From: Mobula hypostoma
Taxonomy: Eukaryota
Reading direction: 5' to 3'
Assembly: GCF_963921235.1 (NCBI RefSeq)
Contig: NC_086101.1
Location: 496,001 to 560,000 of the forward strand
Length of the DNA: 64,000 nt
The translations under genes and the position numbers were made by a program. The notes under the pieces were generated by a model. That model was not told where the DNA came from. It worked only from the letters and a program-made list of their open reading frames with translations, and did not search any database. Positions 35,900-48,487 of the stretch are shown here, piece after piece (within the stretch, counting starts at the first letter, position 1; each line of letters starts with the position of its first letter).

Positions 35900-36190
35900 G
35901 AAATGAAAACTCGGCCATGGACTGACTAAGCTCGGCTGCGAAAGGATGAGAGTTGTGCATGGGGTTAGCAACCCCATCCCGTAAAAAACCAATTGGATAG
36001 AAACTTCAGCTGAATCTCCAAATATCTCATCTCTGGGATTGGTAGGACCTTCCGTGGATGGCAATTGAAGTCCTGTGGAGAAGGGAGAAGCCACAGGATC
36101 GATCAACCCCCGGCCCTGGACAGGGGACTCCGGCGAGCTGCTGTTGGCGGCCTGTGCCCCAGTAGGCGTGATGGGCTAAGGAAGAAGCAG
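35900..36190 (+). mobile_element. RTE-related short element
   Basis: GGGGTTAGCAACCCCATCCCGTAAAA motif and DRGLRRAAVGGLCPS, resembling an RTE C-terminus. Confidence 0.45.
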
Positions 36191-36354
36191 GACAGAAATG
36201 AAGCCGGAGGGAAGAGCCTGTTTCAGTCTGAGGCAGGACTGAAAGGGAGAAGTTCTGAAAAGAGAGGCACAAGAGTCCGCAGGTGCTGTTATCTCGAGTC
36301 AGAAACATGATGCTGGAGGAGCTGAGCGGGTCAGGCAGCATCTGTGGAGAGAAA

Positions 36355-36553
36355 ACAAAATAATCTGCAGATGCTGGGGTCAAAGCAACACTCACAACAT
36401 GCTGGAGGAACTCAGCAGGTCGGGCAGCATCCGTGGAAAAGATCGGTCGACGTTGCGGGCCGGAACCCTTCGTCAGGACTGCCGATCGAACGTCGACCGA
36501 TCTTTTCCATGGATGCTGCCCGACCTGCTGAGTTCCTCCAGAGTGTTGTGAAT
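36355..36553. mobile_element. PLE-derived fold-back mini-insertion with 15-bp TSD
   Basis: TSD ATCTGTGGAGAGAAA at 36340-36354 and 36554-36568; ~60-bp inverted arms. Confidence 0.85.
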
Positions 36554-36621
36554 ATCTGTGGAGAGAAATGTACAATCGACTTTACGGGTCGGGATCCTTC
36601 ATCTGGACTGCCTCAACCCGA

Positions 36622-36945
36622 AATAGAAACATGGAAAATAGGTGCAGGAGTAGACCATTCGGCCCCTCGAGCCTGCACCGCTATTCAGTACGATCATGGC
36701 TGATCATCCAACTCAGAACCCTGTACCAGCCTTCCCTCCAAACCCCCCGATCCCTTTAGCCACAAGGGACATATCTAACTCCCTCTTAAATATAGCCAAT
36801 GAACTGGCCTCAACTGTTTCCTGTGGCAGAGAATTCCACAGATTCACCACTCCGTGTGAAGAAGTTTTTCCTAATCTCGGTTCTAAAAGGCTTCCCCTTT
36901 ATCCTCAAACTGTGACCCCTCGTTCTGGAGTCCTCAAACCGTGAC
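36622..36945 (-). mobile_element. CR1 3' end fragment
   Basis: Close to the subfamily A 3' UTR at 2310-2610. Confidence 0.85.
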
Positions 36946-37694
36946 CCCTCGTTCTGGATTGGAAATGTCGATCGGTCATTTCCCTCCGCAGATGCTGCCT
37001 GACCTGCTGAGTTCCTGCAGCAGCTCATTAAAAAAAAATTCTCGAGGTGTAAAGAGAGTCAGTCTGGGGTGTAAAACGGGACGAAATAAATATTTTTAAA
37101 AAAACAACTATTAAATTAGTTCTTTTCATGAAACTGGGGGTGTGGAGGGAATATTGTGCTGTGAGGAGACAGATGCAGTGGTGATGACCGACCTGTGGCT
37201 GCAGGAAAAAGCACAGGACTGGACATTCTACGTCACAGGGTGGAACACTTTTTATTTTGTGAGATCAGTAAGGATCAGACTGGGAGGCCCCTCTCGCCGC
37301 CAGCCAGGTAAGATTTCGCACAATGATCATTGTATTTCATCGCCCTCCTGATGACACTACGCAAGGTACTGGATTTGGCCCAGTACATCACGGGAGGAGC
37401 CGTGTCCGCCATTGAGCACATCTACATGAAGTGCTGTAAGCAGCATTCATCATCAGGGATGCTCACCACCCAGACCAGGTTCTTTTCTCGCTGCTGCAAT
37501 CGGGTAAAAGGAACAAGAACCTCAAGACTCGCACCACCAGGTTCAGTAACCATCAACCATCAGGCTCGAACAACAGAGGATAACTTCACTTACTTGCCGT
37601 CCATTGAGATGCTCCCAAACCAATCATCGTACTGGGCTTGTATCTAAATTGGTGAAATCAGAGGTGGTTTGACTGAGGCAGATCGCATTGGGCC

Positions 37695-39056
37695 TGTCTG
37701 AGAATTAGACACAATCTCACAGATATTGACAGGCTTGGGGCAGGACTGATGTTTCCTGGCTCAAAATCCGTGTTCACCTCAGCAGGACCGAGATGAGATA
37801 TTTCCTCACCCAGAGTGCAGTGAATCTTCAGAATTTTCTCCTCAGGGTTCCACTGGGTACGTTGCAGGAAAGTGGGGCTGAGGTCAAAGGTCAGTCATAA
37901 TCTGAGTGAAGGACCGAATAGCCACGCCGGCTCCTATTTCTTATTTTATAAAACACGAGTTTACCTTTGCGCCTTCTACTTGCTTGGCCTTCAGCCTATC
38001 AGATTGCACAGGGGAGCGGTGAGAGCTCCAGAAATCCCTCGGCAGCAGCTGCGGTTATTTCATGTTCTCGTTATTTTTCTGTATTTGCATTTGCACAGTT
38101 TTGTTGTCCTCTGCATTCTGATTGATCTTTCACTGATCCAGTTATAATTACTATTCTGTAGATTATTTTTGTTCGCAGGAAAATGATTTTCCAGGTTGTA
38201 TGGGGTGACTTATATGTACTCTGATAATTGGGTTTCGGGGAACTTCCTTTGATCCTGAGAATAAACTGTGACTGACATCTTCAGCTCCAGCTCCCGGCCG
38301 CTGAGACACACTCACAGCCAATCAGCGAACACCGATGGGAGGATCTTGCTCCCATTGGCTGCAGTGTGTCAGTGGGCGGGACTCTGAGCGTTCGGAAAGG
38401 ACCGCTGTCTGGAACCCAGAGCGGGTGGACCCGGTGAGAGGCCGGGGATTGGGAGGAGCTCCTCGTGTAAAGGCTGCAACACCGGCCGGGGGCTTCAATC
38501 CCTCCGATGGCAGAGCTGAAGAGACTGGCGGAGATTCCATGAGATGTTTCACCTACACAGGGGACGCCGGCCTTTCCCCGGATCGGAGTCTGTTGTCTGG
38601 AGTTGCTTCCCAGACCCGACCCCTGCTGCAGCTGGCCCGCAGCGGCTGCCGAAGGAACTCTGGTGCTCTCAGCGCTTCCCTGTGTAATCCGACAGGCTGA
38701 AGGCCAAGGGAGAACGAGGCGCAAAGGTAAAATCAGACTTTAGAAAATAAGAAACAGGAGCAGGCCATTCGGCCCATTGCGCCTGTTCCGCCTTTCACTG
38801 AGAACATGCCTGATCTTTGACCTCAGCGCCACTTTCCGGCAAAGTTGCCTGTATCGCAGAGCCCCTAAATTTGCTCTTTGAGTGCGGAAATCTTGTGGAG
38901 GAAATTCGAAAGATTCATTCCACTCTGCACTCCTCATCTCAGTCCTGCTGAGCTGGCCTCCGATTGTTGAGTCTGCGGCCCCTGGTTCCTCACCACAGTC
39001 ATTCCTGCCCCTACCCTGTCAGTACCCCGTCAGACTGTGTCTGTCTCTGTCAGACC
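37695..39056. repeat. Diverged inverted duplication: arms ~37695-38054 and ~38637-39056
   Basis: CCGCAGCGGCTGCCGAAGGAACTCTGG..AGGCTGAAGGCCAAG..GGCGCAAAGGTAAA on + matches the reverse complement of 38054-37960; similarity continues into a shared old CR1 tail. Confidence 0.85.
38280..38730. promoter_or_regulatory. CpG-rich candidate (bidirectional) promoter
   Basis: CCAAT 38318-38322, ATTGG 38354-38358 and 38448-38452, GC box GGGCGGG 38374-38380, elevated CpG, donor-like AAG|GTAAA at 38727 (+) and 37964 (-). Confidence 0.6.
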
Positions 39057-41344
39057 ACCTCTTATTTCTCTCATTTTTAGACAGGCTCAGTCAGTATCAT
39101 CTCTGTACAGACACTACCTCAGCCCCCAAATCAATCTGGGAAACATCTCTTCATTCTCTTCATCCCACAGGCTGACTCTGGGAGGGAGACCAGACCTGTG
39201 CACAGTGTTCAAGTACGCTCTCACCAGGACCCTGTATACCTTCAGAGGAGATCCTTATTCTGGTATTCAAACCTTACTTCCTATTCAATGGTCTTCATTT
39301 AATATGGAACTGAAACAGTGAACAGATACAACACACCCTCAGACATGAATTTAAAGGGCAGGTGTAGCAACAGTTTGAGTTTCATACCGGGGGCCACGGA
39401 GCAAGCAGGGAGTCACAAAGGGAGAAATGTGGGAGTGTTGTGTGTCTGAGCCCAGCTGTGTGTGTTTGTGTATCGGAATCAGGTTTAATATCACTGGCAT
39501 ATGTGGTGAAATTTGTTGTTTTCTGACAGCAGTGCATTGCAATACATATTAATAAAGACTATAAACTACAATCAGTATGTATAAAATTAAATTTAGAAAG
39601 TAGTGCACAATGAGAGGGAAAATACTGAGGGAGTGTTCATGGGTTCATTGTCCATTCAGAATTCTGATGGCAGAGGGGAAGAAGCTGTTCTTGAACCATT
39701 GAGTGTGTCTTCAGGGTCCTCCATGCCCTACCTGCTGAGAAGAGGGCCTGTCCTGGGTGATGGGGGTCCTTGATGATGGATGCCACCTTTTCTGGCATCA
39801 TCTTTTGACTGTGTCCTGGATGCTGTGGAGTCCAGTGCCCATGAAGGAGCTGGCTGAGTTTACAAATTTCTGCAGCATTTTCTGATCCTGTGCAGTGGCC
39901 TCTCCACACCAGGCAGTGATGCAACCAGTTCAAATGCTCTCCACAGTACATCTGTAGAAATTTCCAAGTGTCTTTAGTGACAGACCGATTGCCCTCAATC
40001 TCCGAATGAAATATAGCCGATGTTGTGCTTTCATTGTAACTGCATCAATATGTTGGGCCCAGGATAGTTCCTCAGAGATGTTGACAGGCAGGAAATGGAA
40101 ACTGCTCACCCTTTTCACTTCCGATGAGGACTGGTGTGTGTTCCCTCGACCTCCCCTTCCTGAAGTCCACAATCTTAATGATGTTGAGTGCAAGGTTGTT
40201 GCTGCGACACCACTCAACTTGCTGATCTGTCTCACTCCCGTACTCCGCGTCTCCACCTGAAATACTGTCAACAACAGTTAAAGGCGTAGCTATGGGCACC
40301 CATATGGGTCGTAGGTACGCTTGTCTTTTTGTTGGCTTTGTAGAACGATCTATATTCCAAACCTATTCTGGTATCTGTCCCCCACTTTTCCTTCGCTACA
40401 TCGACGACTGCATTGGCGCTGCTTCCTGCAGGCATGCTGAGCTCGTTGACTTCATTAACTTTGCCTCCAACTTCCACCCTGCCCTCAAGTTTACCTGGCC
40501 CATTTCTGACACTTTCCTCCCCTTTCTGGATCTTTCTGTCTCTATCTATGGAGATAGCTTATCTACTGATGTCTACTATAAGCCTACTGACTCTCACAGC
40601 TATCTGAACTATTCCTCTTCTCACCCTGTCTCTTGCAAAAATGCCATCCCCTTCTCGCAATTCCTCCGTCTCCGCCGCATCTGCTCTCAGGATGAGGCTT
40701 TTCATTCCAGGACAAGGGAGATGTCCTCCATTTTTTATAGAAAGGGGCTTCCCTTCCTCCACCATCAACTCTGCTCTCAAGCGCATCTCCCCCATTTCAC
40801 GCACATCTGCTCTCACTCCATCCTCCCATCACCCACTAGGAATAGGGTTCCCCGGTCCTCATGTACCACCCAACCAGCCTCCGGGTCCAACATGTTATTC
40901 TCCATAACTTCCACCACCTCCAACGGGATTCCACCACTAAGCACATCTTTCCCTCCCCCCACCCCCCCCACTGCTTTCCGCAGGGATCGCTCCCTACGTG
41001 ACTCCCTTGTCCATTTGTTCCCCCCCATCCCTCCCCACTGATCTCCCTCCTGGCACTTATCCTTGTAAGCGGAACAAGTGCTACACATGCCCTTACACTT
41101 CCTCCCTTACCACCATTCAGGGCCCCAGACAGTCCTTCCAGGTGAGGCGACACTTCACCTGTGAGTCCGCTGGGGTGATATACTGCGTCCGGTGCACCCG
41201 ATGTGGCCTTCTATATATTGGCGAGACCCGACGCAGACTGGGAGATCGTTTTGCTGAACACCTACGCTCTGTCCGTCAGAGAAAGCAGGATCTCCCAGTG
41301 GCCACACATTTTAATTCCACGTCCCATTCCCATCTGATATGTCT

Positions 41345-43837
41345 GGACAGTGAGTATAGAGAGCTTGGTAGGAAGTTGAAAAGCAGGACCTCAAGGGTGG
41401 TAATCTCAGGATTGCTACCTGTGCTAGGTGCCAGTGAGGGTAGGAATAGGATGCTCTGGAGGAGGAACAAGTGGCGGAGGAACTGGTGTAGGGGGCAGAG
41501 TTTCAGATTTCAGGATCATTGGGACCTCTTCTGGGGCAGGTGGGACCTGTACAAGAGAGACGGGTTATATTTGAACCACAGGGGGACCAATATCCTTTCA
41601 GGGAGGTTTGTTAGTGCTATTGGGGAGGCTTTAAATGAGATTTGCAGGGGGATGGGAACCAGAGTGCCAGAGCTGACTGTGTGGCAGGTGTGAAAATAAA
41701 TGATATTGAAAGTTTAAGCAAATCCACTGATAGAAAGGTTGTGAGTAGTGATAAAAATCTTCTGAGGTGTATATATTTCAATGCTAGGAGTATTGCGGGG
41801 AAGGCGGATGAGTTGAGGGCGTGGATTGACACGTGGAATTATGATGCTGTAGCAATTAGTGAAACTTGGCTACAGGAGGGGCAGGACTGGCAGCTTAATA
41901 TTCCAGGGTTCCAATGTTTCAGATGTGATCGAGGCAGAGGAATGAAAGGTGGGGGAGTAGCATTGCTTGTTAGGGAAAATATTACAGCAGTGCTCAGGCA
42001 GGACAGATTAGAGGGTTTGTCTACTGAGTCTTTATGGGTGGAGCTGAGAAACAGGAAAGGTATGGCCACATTAGTGGGATTGTATTACAGACCACCCAAT
42101 AGTCAACGAGACTTGGAAGAGCAAATCTGCAGAGAGATAGCAGACAACTGCAGGAAACAAAGTTGTGGTGGTAGGGGATTTTAATTTTCCATATATTGAT
42201 TGGGACTCCCATACTGTTAGGGGTCTAGATGGTTTAGAGTTTGTAAAATATGTTCAGGAAAGTTTTCTAAATCAGTATATAGAGGGACCAACTAGAGGGG
42301 ATGCAATATTGGATCTCCTCTTAGGAAACGAATTAGGGCAAGTGACGGAAGTCTGTGTGGGGGAGCACTTTGGTTCCAGTGATCATAATGCCATTAGTTT
42401 CAATTTGATCATGGACAAGAATAGATCTGGTCCTAGGCTTAAGGTTCTGAACTGGAAGAAGGCCAAATTTGAAGAAATGAGAAAGGATCTAAAAAGCGTG
42501 GATTGGGACAGGTTGTTCTCTGGCAAAGATGTGATTGGTAGGTGGGAAGCCTTCAGAGGGGAAATTTTGAGAGTGCAGAGTTTGTATGTTCCTGTCAGGA
42601 TTAAAGGCAAATTGAATAGGAATAAGGAACCTTGGTTCTCAAGGGATATTGCAACTCTGATAAAGAAGAAGAGGGAGTTGTATGAAACGTATAGGAAACA
42701 GGGGTAAATCAGCTGCTTGAGGAGTACAAGAAGTGCAAGAAAATACTTAAGAAAGAAATCAGGAGGGCTAAAAGAAGACATGAGGTTGCCTTGGCAGTCA
42801 AAGTGAAGGATAATCCAAAAGCTTTTACTAGTGGTGTGCCACAGGGATCAGTGCTGGGTCCATTGTTATTTGTCATCTATATCAATGATCTGGATGATAA
42901 TATGGTAAATTGGATCAGCAAGTTTGCTGATGATACAAAGATTGGAGGTGTAGTAGACAGTGAGGAAGGTTTTCAGAGCCTGCAGAGGGACTTGGACCAG
43001 CTGAAAAAATGGGCTGAAAAATGGCAGATGGAGTTTAATACTGACAAGTGTGAGGTATTGCACGTTGGAAGGACAAACCAGCGTAGAACATACAGGGTTA
43101 ATGGTAAGGCACTGAGGAGTGCAGTGGAACAGAGGGATCTGGGAATACAGATACAAAATTCCCTAAAAGTGTCATCACAGGTAGATGGGGTCATAAAGAG
43201 AGCTTTTGGTACATTGGCCTTTATTAATCGTAGTATTGAGTATAAGAGCTGGAATGTTATGATAAGGTTGTATAAGGCATTGGTGAGGCCGAATCTGGAG
43301 TATTGTGTTCAGTTTTGGTCACCAAATTACAGGAAGGATATAAATAAGGTTGAAAGAGTGCAGAGAAGGTTTACAAGGATGTTGCCGGTACTTGAGAAAC
43401 TCAGTTACAGAGAAAGGTTGAATAGGTTAGGACTTTATTCCCTGGAGCGTAGAAGAATGAGGGGAGATTTGATAAAGGTATATAAAATTATGATGGGTAT
43501 AGATGGAGTGAATGCAAGCAGGCTTTTTCCACTGAGGCAAGGGGAGAAAAAAAACCAGAGGACATGGGTTAAGGGTGAGGGGGGAAAAGTTTAAAGGGAA
43601 CATTAGGGGGGACTTCTTCACACAGAGCGTGGTGGGCGTATGGAATGAGCTGCCAGACGAGGTGGTAAATGTGGTTTTTTTTAACATTTAAGAATAAATT
43701 GGACAGATACATGGATGGGAGGTGTATGGAGGGATATGGTCCGTGTGCAGGTCAGTGGGACTACACAGAAAATGGTTCGGCACAGCCAAGAAGGGCCAAA
43801 GGGCCTGTTTCTGTGCTGTAGTTTCTATGGTTCTATG
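41345..43837 (+). mobile_element. CR1 subfamily C with an internal ORF2 deletion
   Basis: ORF1 end, APE, then NPKAF joined directly to TSGVPQG at ~42825; (TTCTATGG)n tail. Confidence 0.92.
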
Positions 43838-44000
43838 GTCTATCCACTGCCTCCTCTATTGTAAAGATGAAGCCACACTCAGGTTGGAGGAATAACACCT
43901 TATATTCCATCTGGGTAGCCTCCAACCTGCTGGCATGGACATTGACTTCTCTAACTTCTGCTAATGCCCCACCTCCCCCTCATACTCCATCTGTTATTTA

Positions 44001-46562
44001 GTCATAGTCATACTTTATTGATCCTGGGGGAAACTGGTTTTCGTTACAGTTGCACCATAAATAATAGTAATAAAACCATAAATAGTTAAATGGTAATATG
44101 TAAATTATGCCAGGAAATAAGTCCAGGACCAGCCTATTGGCTCAGGGTATCTGACCCTCCAAGGGAGGAGTTGTAAAGTTTGATGGCCACAGGCAGGAAT
44201 GACTTCCTATGACGCTCTGTGTTGCATCTCAGTGGAATGAGTCTCTAGCTGAATGTACTCCTGTGCCCAACCAGTACATTATGTAGTGGATGGGAGACAT
44301 TGTCCAAGATGGCATGCAACTTGGACAGCATCCTCTTTTCAGACACCACTGTCAGAGAGTCCAGTTCCATCCCCACAACATCACTGGCCTTACGAATGAG
44401 TTTGTTGATTCTGTTGGTGTCTGCTAACCTCAGCCTGCTGGCCCCAGCATACAACAGCAAACATGATCACACTGGCCACCACAGACTTGTAGAACATCCT
44501 CAGCATCGTCTGACAGATGTTAAAGGACCTCGCTCTCCTTAGGAAATAGAGACGGCTCTGACCCTTCTTGTAGACAGCCTCAGTGTTCTTTGACCAGTCC
44601 AGTTTATTGTTAATTCATATCCCCAAGTATTTGTAATCCCCTACCATGTCCACACTGACCCTCTGGATGGAAACAGTGGTCACCCGTACCTTAGATCTCC
44701 TCAGGTCTACCACCAGCTCCTTAGTCTTTTTCACATTAAGCTGCAGATAATTCTGCTCACACCATGTGACAAATATTCCTACCATAGTCCTGTACTCAGC
44801 CTCATCTCCCTTGCTGATGCATCCAACTATGGCAGAGTCATCCGAAAACTTCTGAAGATGACAAGACTCTGTGCAGTAGTTGAAGTCCAAGGTGTAAATG
44901 GTGAAGAGAAAGGGAGACAAGACAGTCCCCTGTGGAGCCCCAGTGCTGCTGATCACTCTATTGGACACACAGTGTTGCAAGCACACATACTGTGGTCTGC
45001 CAGTCAGGTAATCAAGAATCCATGACACCAGGAAAGCATCCACCTGCATCGCTGTCAGCTTCTCCCCCAGCAGAGCAGGGCAGATGGTGTTGAACGCACT
45101 GGAGAAGTCAAAAAACATGACCCTCACAGTGCTCGCTGGATTGTCCAGGTGGGCGTAGACACGGTTCAGCAGATAGACGGTGGCATCCTCAACTCCTAGT
45201 CAGGGCTGGTAGGCGAACTGGAGGGGATCTAAGTGTGGCCTGACCATAGACCGGAGCAGCTCCAGAACAAGTCTGTCCAGAGTCTTCATGATGTGGGAAG
45301 TCAATGCCACGGGTCTGTAGTCATTGAGGCCGCTGGGACGCGGCGTCTTCGGCACAGGGACGAGGCAGGATGTCTTCCACAGCACAGGAACCCTCCAGAG
45401 CCTCAGGCTCAGGTTGAAGACATGGCGAAGTACTCCACATAGCTGAGGGGCACAGGCTTTGAGCAGCCTGGTATTGACACCATCCGGTCCTGCAGCCGGT
45501 TGCTTGGGTTGAGACGTTTCAGCTGTCTTCTCCTCTCACCTGTTCAGCTGTGAAGCCCACCGTGGTGGTTTCGTGTGGAGAAGGGGTATAGTCATGAGAG
45601 CAGGGTGGGGGACTGTGAGGAAGGGTAGGAGGGGAGAGTGGAATATGTGTTGGTTGGGGGCCGACTGCTGATGACTCGCGTGGGGGATGGGCAGGGTTCA
45701 CAATGTCAAATCTGTTAAAGAACAGGTTAAGTTCATTGGCCCTGTCCACACTGCCTTCAGTTCCTCTGTTGCTAGTTTGCCGGAACCCAGTGATGGTCCT
45801 CATCCCCCTCCAGACATCTCTCATGTTGTTCTGCTGGAGTTTCCACTCAAGCTTCCTCCTGTACCTGTCTTTAGCCTCCCTGATCCTGGCTTTCAGGTCC
45901 CTCTGTATTACCCTCAGCTCCTCCCTATTTCCATCTCTAAACGCCCTCTTTTTAGCGTTCAGGATGTCCTTAATGTCTTGTTATTTGAATAACAAAGGAC
46001 AGTTCTTGTCGGAACATTGCAGTCCACACAGAAGTTGATGTAATCAGTGATGCACTCTGTGAGCCCATCAATATCCTCTCCACGTGGCTGAGAGAGTGCC
46101 TGCCAGTCTGTCACCTCAAAACAACCCTGGAGCGCCTCATAAGTCTCCTCCGACCATTTCCTCACCGTCCTCGAGGTTGCAGGTTTACTCTTCACCAGAG
46201 ACACGTAGCAGAGTTTTAGATGCACCAGGTTGTGATCTGACCTTCCCAGTGGGGGGAGGGGAGAGGAGCTGTATGCATCCTTAACGTTAGCGTACGTCAA
46301 ATCCAGAGTCCTCTCCCCTCTGTTGTGCAGCTCACATACTGCGTGAAGTTGGGCAGTGTTCTAGCCATGGTGACCTGGTTGAAGTCACCCGAGATGGTAA
46401 TGAGGGCACTCGGGTGCTGGGTTTGTAATCTGGCTATGACGGTGTAAATGATGTTACACGCTGACGTCGGGTTGGCAGAGGGAGGGATGTACACAACAAC
46501 CACAATTGCATGCGAGATTTCCCTTGGCAAATAATATGGCCGGAGTCCAACAGCAAAAAGTT
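44001..46562 (-). mobile_element. Rex1/Babar LINE, 5'-truncated (APE and RT)
   Basis: VYIPP, GDFN, GRSDH, DYRPVALTS, DFSSAFN, GAPQGTVLSP, FSDD; AATAAAG(TATGAC)n tail; TTATTTA at both junctions. Confidence 0.9.
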
Positions 46563-46834
46563 TTATTTATTTATATACACACATTCTTTCTCTCTCTCTC
46601 TCCTTTTTCTCCCTCTGTCCCTCTGACTATACCCCTTACCCATCCCCTGGGTTTTCCCACCCTCCCCTTTTTCATTCTCCCTGGGCCTCCTGTCCCGTGA
46701 TCCTCTCATCCCTTTTGCCAATCACCTGTCCAGCTCTTGGCTCCATCTGCCCCCCCACCCCCGTCTTCTCCTATCATTTTGGATCTCCCCTTCACCTCCC
46801 ACTTTCAAATCTCTTACTAATTCTTCTTTCAGTT

Positions 46835-46870
46835 AGTCCTGACGAAGGGTCTTGGCCCGAAACGTTGACT
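46835..46870 (+). ncRNA. Minimal type I hammerhead ribozyme in PLE pseudo-LTR (intact core)
   Basis: AGTC-CTGACGA-A-GGGT(CTTG)GCCC-GAAAC-GTT-GACT: stem I AGTC/GACT, stem II, palindromic ACGT in place of stem III, NUH triplet GUU. Confidence 0.78.
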
Positions 46871-47639
46871 GTACCTCTTCCTAGAGATGCTGCCTGGCTG
46901 CTGCATTCACCAGCATCTTTGTGTTGCAACAATAGTTGTGTCGTCGGCAAGTTTATAGATGAACCTGGCCACATTGACGTGGGTGTAGAGAGAGTAGAGC
47001 AGTGGGCTGAGCGTGCATCGTTGAGGTGTGTCAGTGTTGATTGTCAGCAAGGAGGAGATGTTATTTCTGATCCACACAGACTGTGGTCTCCTGGTGAGGA
47101 TCCAGTTGCAGAAGGAGGTACAGAGGCCCAGGTTTTGGTGCTTGTTGATTACAATTGAGGGTCTGATTGTGTTGAACGCTGAGCTGTAATCAGTAGCCTG
47201 GCTTGTGTATTGCTATTGTCTTGGTGATCTAAGGCTGAGTGGAGAGACAGTGAGATTGCATCTGCTGTAGACATATTGTGGTGATCAGCAAACTGCAGTG
47301 GGTCCAGGTCCATCTACAAGCGGGAGTTGATTCCAGACATGACCAACCCCTAAAGCAGTCCATCACAGTAGATGTGAACACCACTGGGTGATAGTCGTTG
47401 ATGGTGGTTTGATTGTCGCTATTTGAAACAGCTGTGTGTCTGTGTGTGCACACTTGAAACAGTGATCTCAGTTTGATTCAGGAATTGTTCCTGTAAATGG
47501 GCTGCCTCGAAAGTGGGGTCACAGTGATGGGATGATCATTCTGATGAAAACAAAATAATTTACCCAGAGAATGCTGAACCTTTAAAAATTACAGACCACA
47601 TGTGTGTTTGAGAGAGTATTTACAAATTTCAATGTAGCA

Positions 47640-48480
47640 TTCAAAATTTACAAAGAAAATTTATTATCAAAGTATATGCATGTCACAATATTCAATTCTG
47701 AGATTACTTTTTTTGGGACAAACTCAGTAAATCCAAGAATCATGATTGAATCAATGAAAGACTGAACCCAGCATCGTGGACAAAATACAATGTGCAAGAG
47801 ACAACAAACTGTGCAAATACAAGAGAATTAGTAAATAAATAATAAATATTGTCAACTTGACATGAAGAATCCGTGAATGTGTCCATAGGCTGTGGGAACA
47901 GTTCAGTGATGGGGCAAGTGATTTAAGGAACATTATCCCCTCTGGTTGAAGAGCTTGATGTTTGAAGGGTAATAACAGTTCCTGAATCTGGTGGTGTGGG
48001 TCCTGAGAGTCCTGCACTTTCTTCCTGATGGTATCAGTATGAGAGATTATCCGCTGCATGGTGGGTTCCTTGATGACAGAGGTAGCTTTCCTGTGACAAC
48101 ACACCATAGAAATGTGGGCAGGGTTTTACTCGTGATGTACTGGGCCGTATCCATGACTTTCTGTAGGATTTTCCTTTCAAGGGCTTAGGTGTTTCCATAC
48201 CAAGCCATGATGTAACCACTAAACACATTCTCCACACACATCTGTAGAAGCTGAATCTCTGCAAGCTAGTAAGGAAATGACGATGTTGCTGTGCTTTCTT
48301 CGTAATTGCACTAACATGCTGGGCTCAAGACAGATCCTGGAAAATGATAACATTGAGGAATTTAAGGTTGCTGACCCTCTTCGCTTTTGATGTCTGATGA
48401 GCACTGGCTCACGGACCTTCTGTTTCCTCCTCCTGAAGTCAATAATCAGCTCCTTGCTCTTGCTGACATCAACTAAGAGG
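47640..48480 (-). mobile_element. Old Rex1/L2-like 3' fragment
   Basis: Decayed similarity to the 39475-40279 and 6420-6976 C-terminus and 3' UTR. Confidence 0.6.
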
Positions 48481-48487
48481 CTGTTAT

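Larger units (their letters stand above)
40280..46926 (+). mobile_element. Penelope-like element (partial RT, GIY-YIG endonuclease, pseudo-LTR) in three pieces: 40280-41344, 43838-44000, 46563-46926
   Basis: KGVAMGT, LRYIDD, VYYKPT, CKRNKCYTC, VIYCVRC..LYIGETRR..RFAEH; pseudo-LTR with hammerhead. Confidence 0.93.
39475..47420 (-). mobile_element. Old Rex1/L2-like LINE (39475-40279 and 46927-47420), split inside its RT by a PLE
   Basis: Joined halves read [21 protein letters not shown]; 11-bp TSD CAACAAYAGTT at 40269-40279 and 46927-46937. Confidence 0.82.

Noticed and set aside
38281..38724. 147-aa and 121-aa ORFs over the CpG-rich region
   Set aside because: Expected by chance in GC-rich promoter DNA; no domain signal
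40998..41693. 231-aa ORF fusing a GIY-YIG endonuclease to an SGNH-esterase C-terminus
   Set aside because: Chance in-frame junction where a CR1 inserted into the PLE at 41344; both domains are truncated and the start is not a credible AUG
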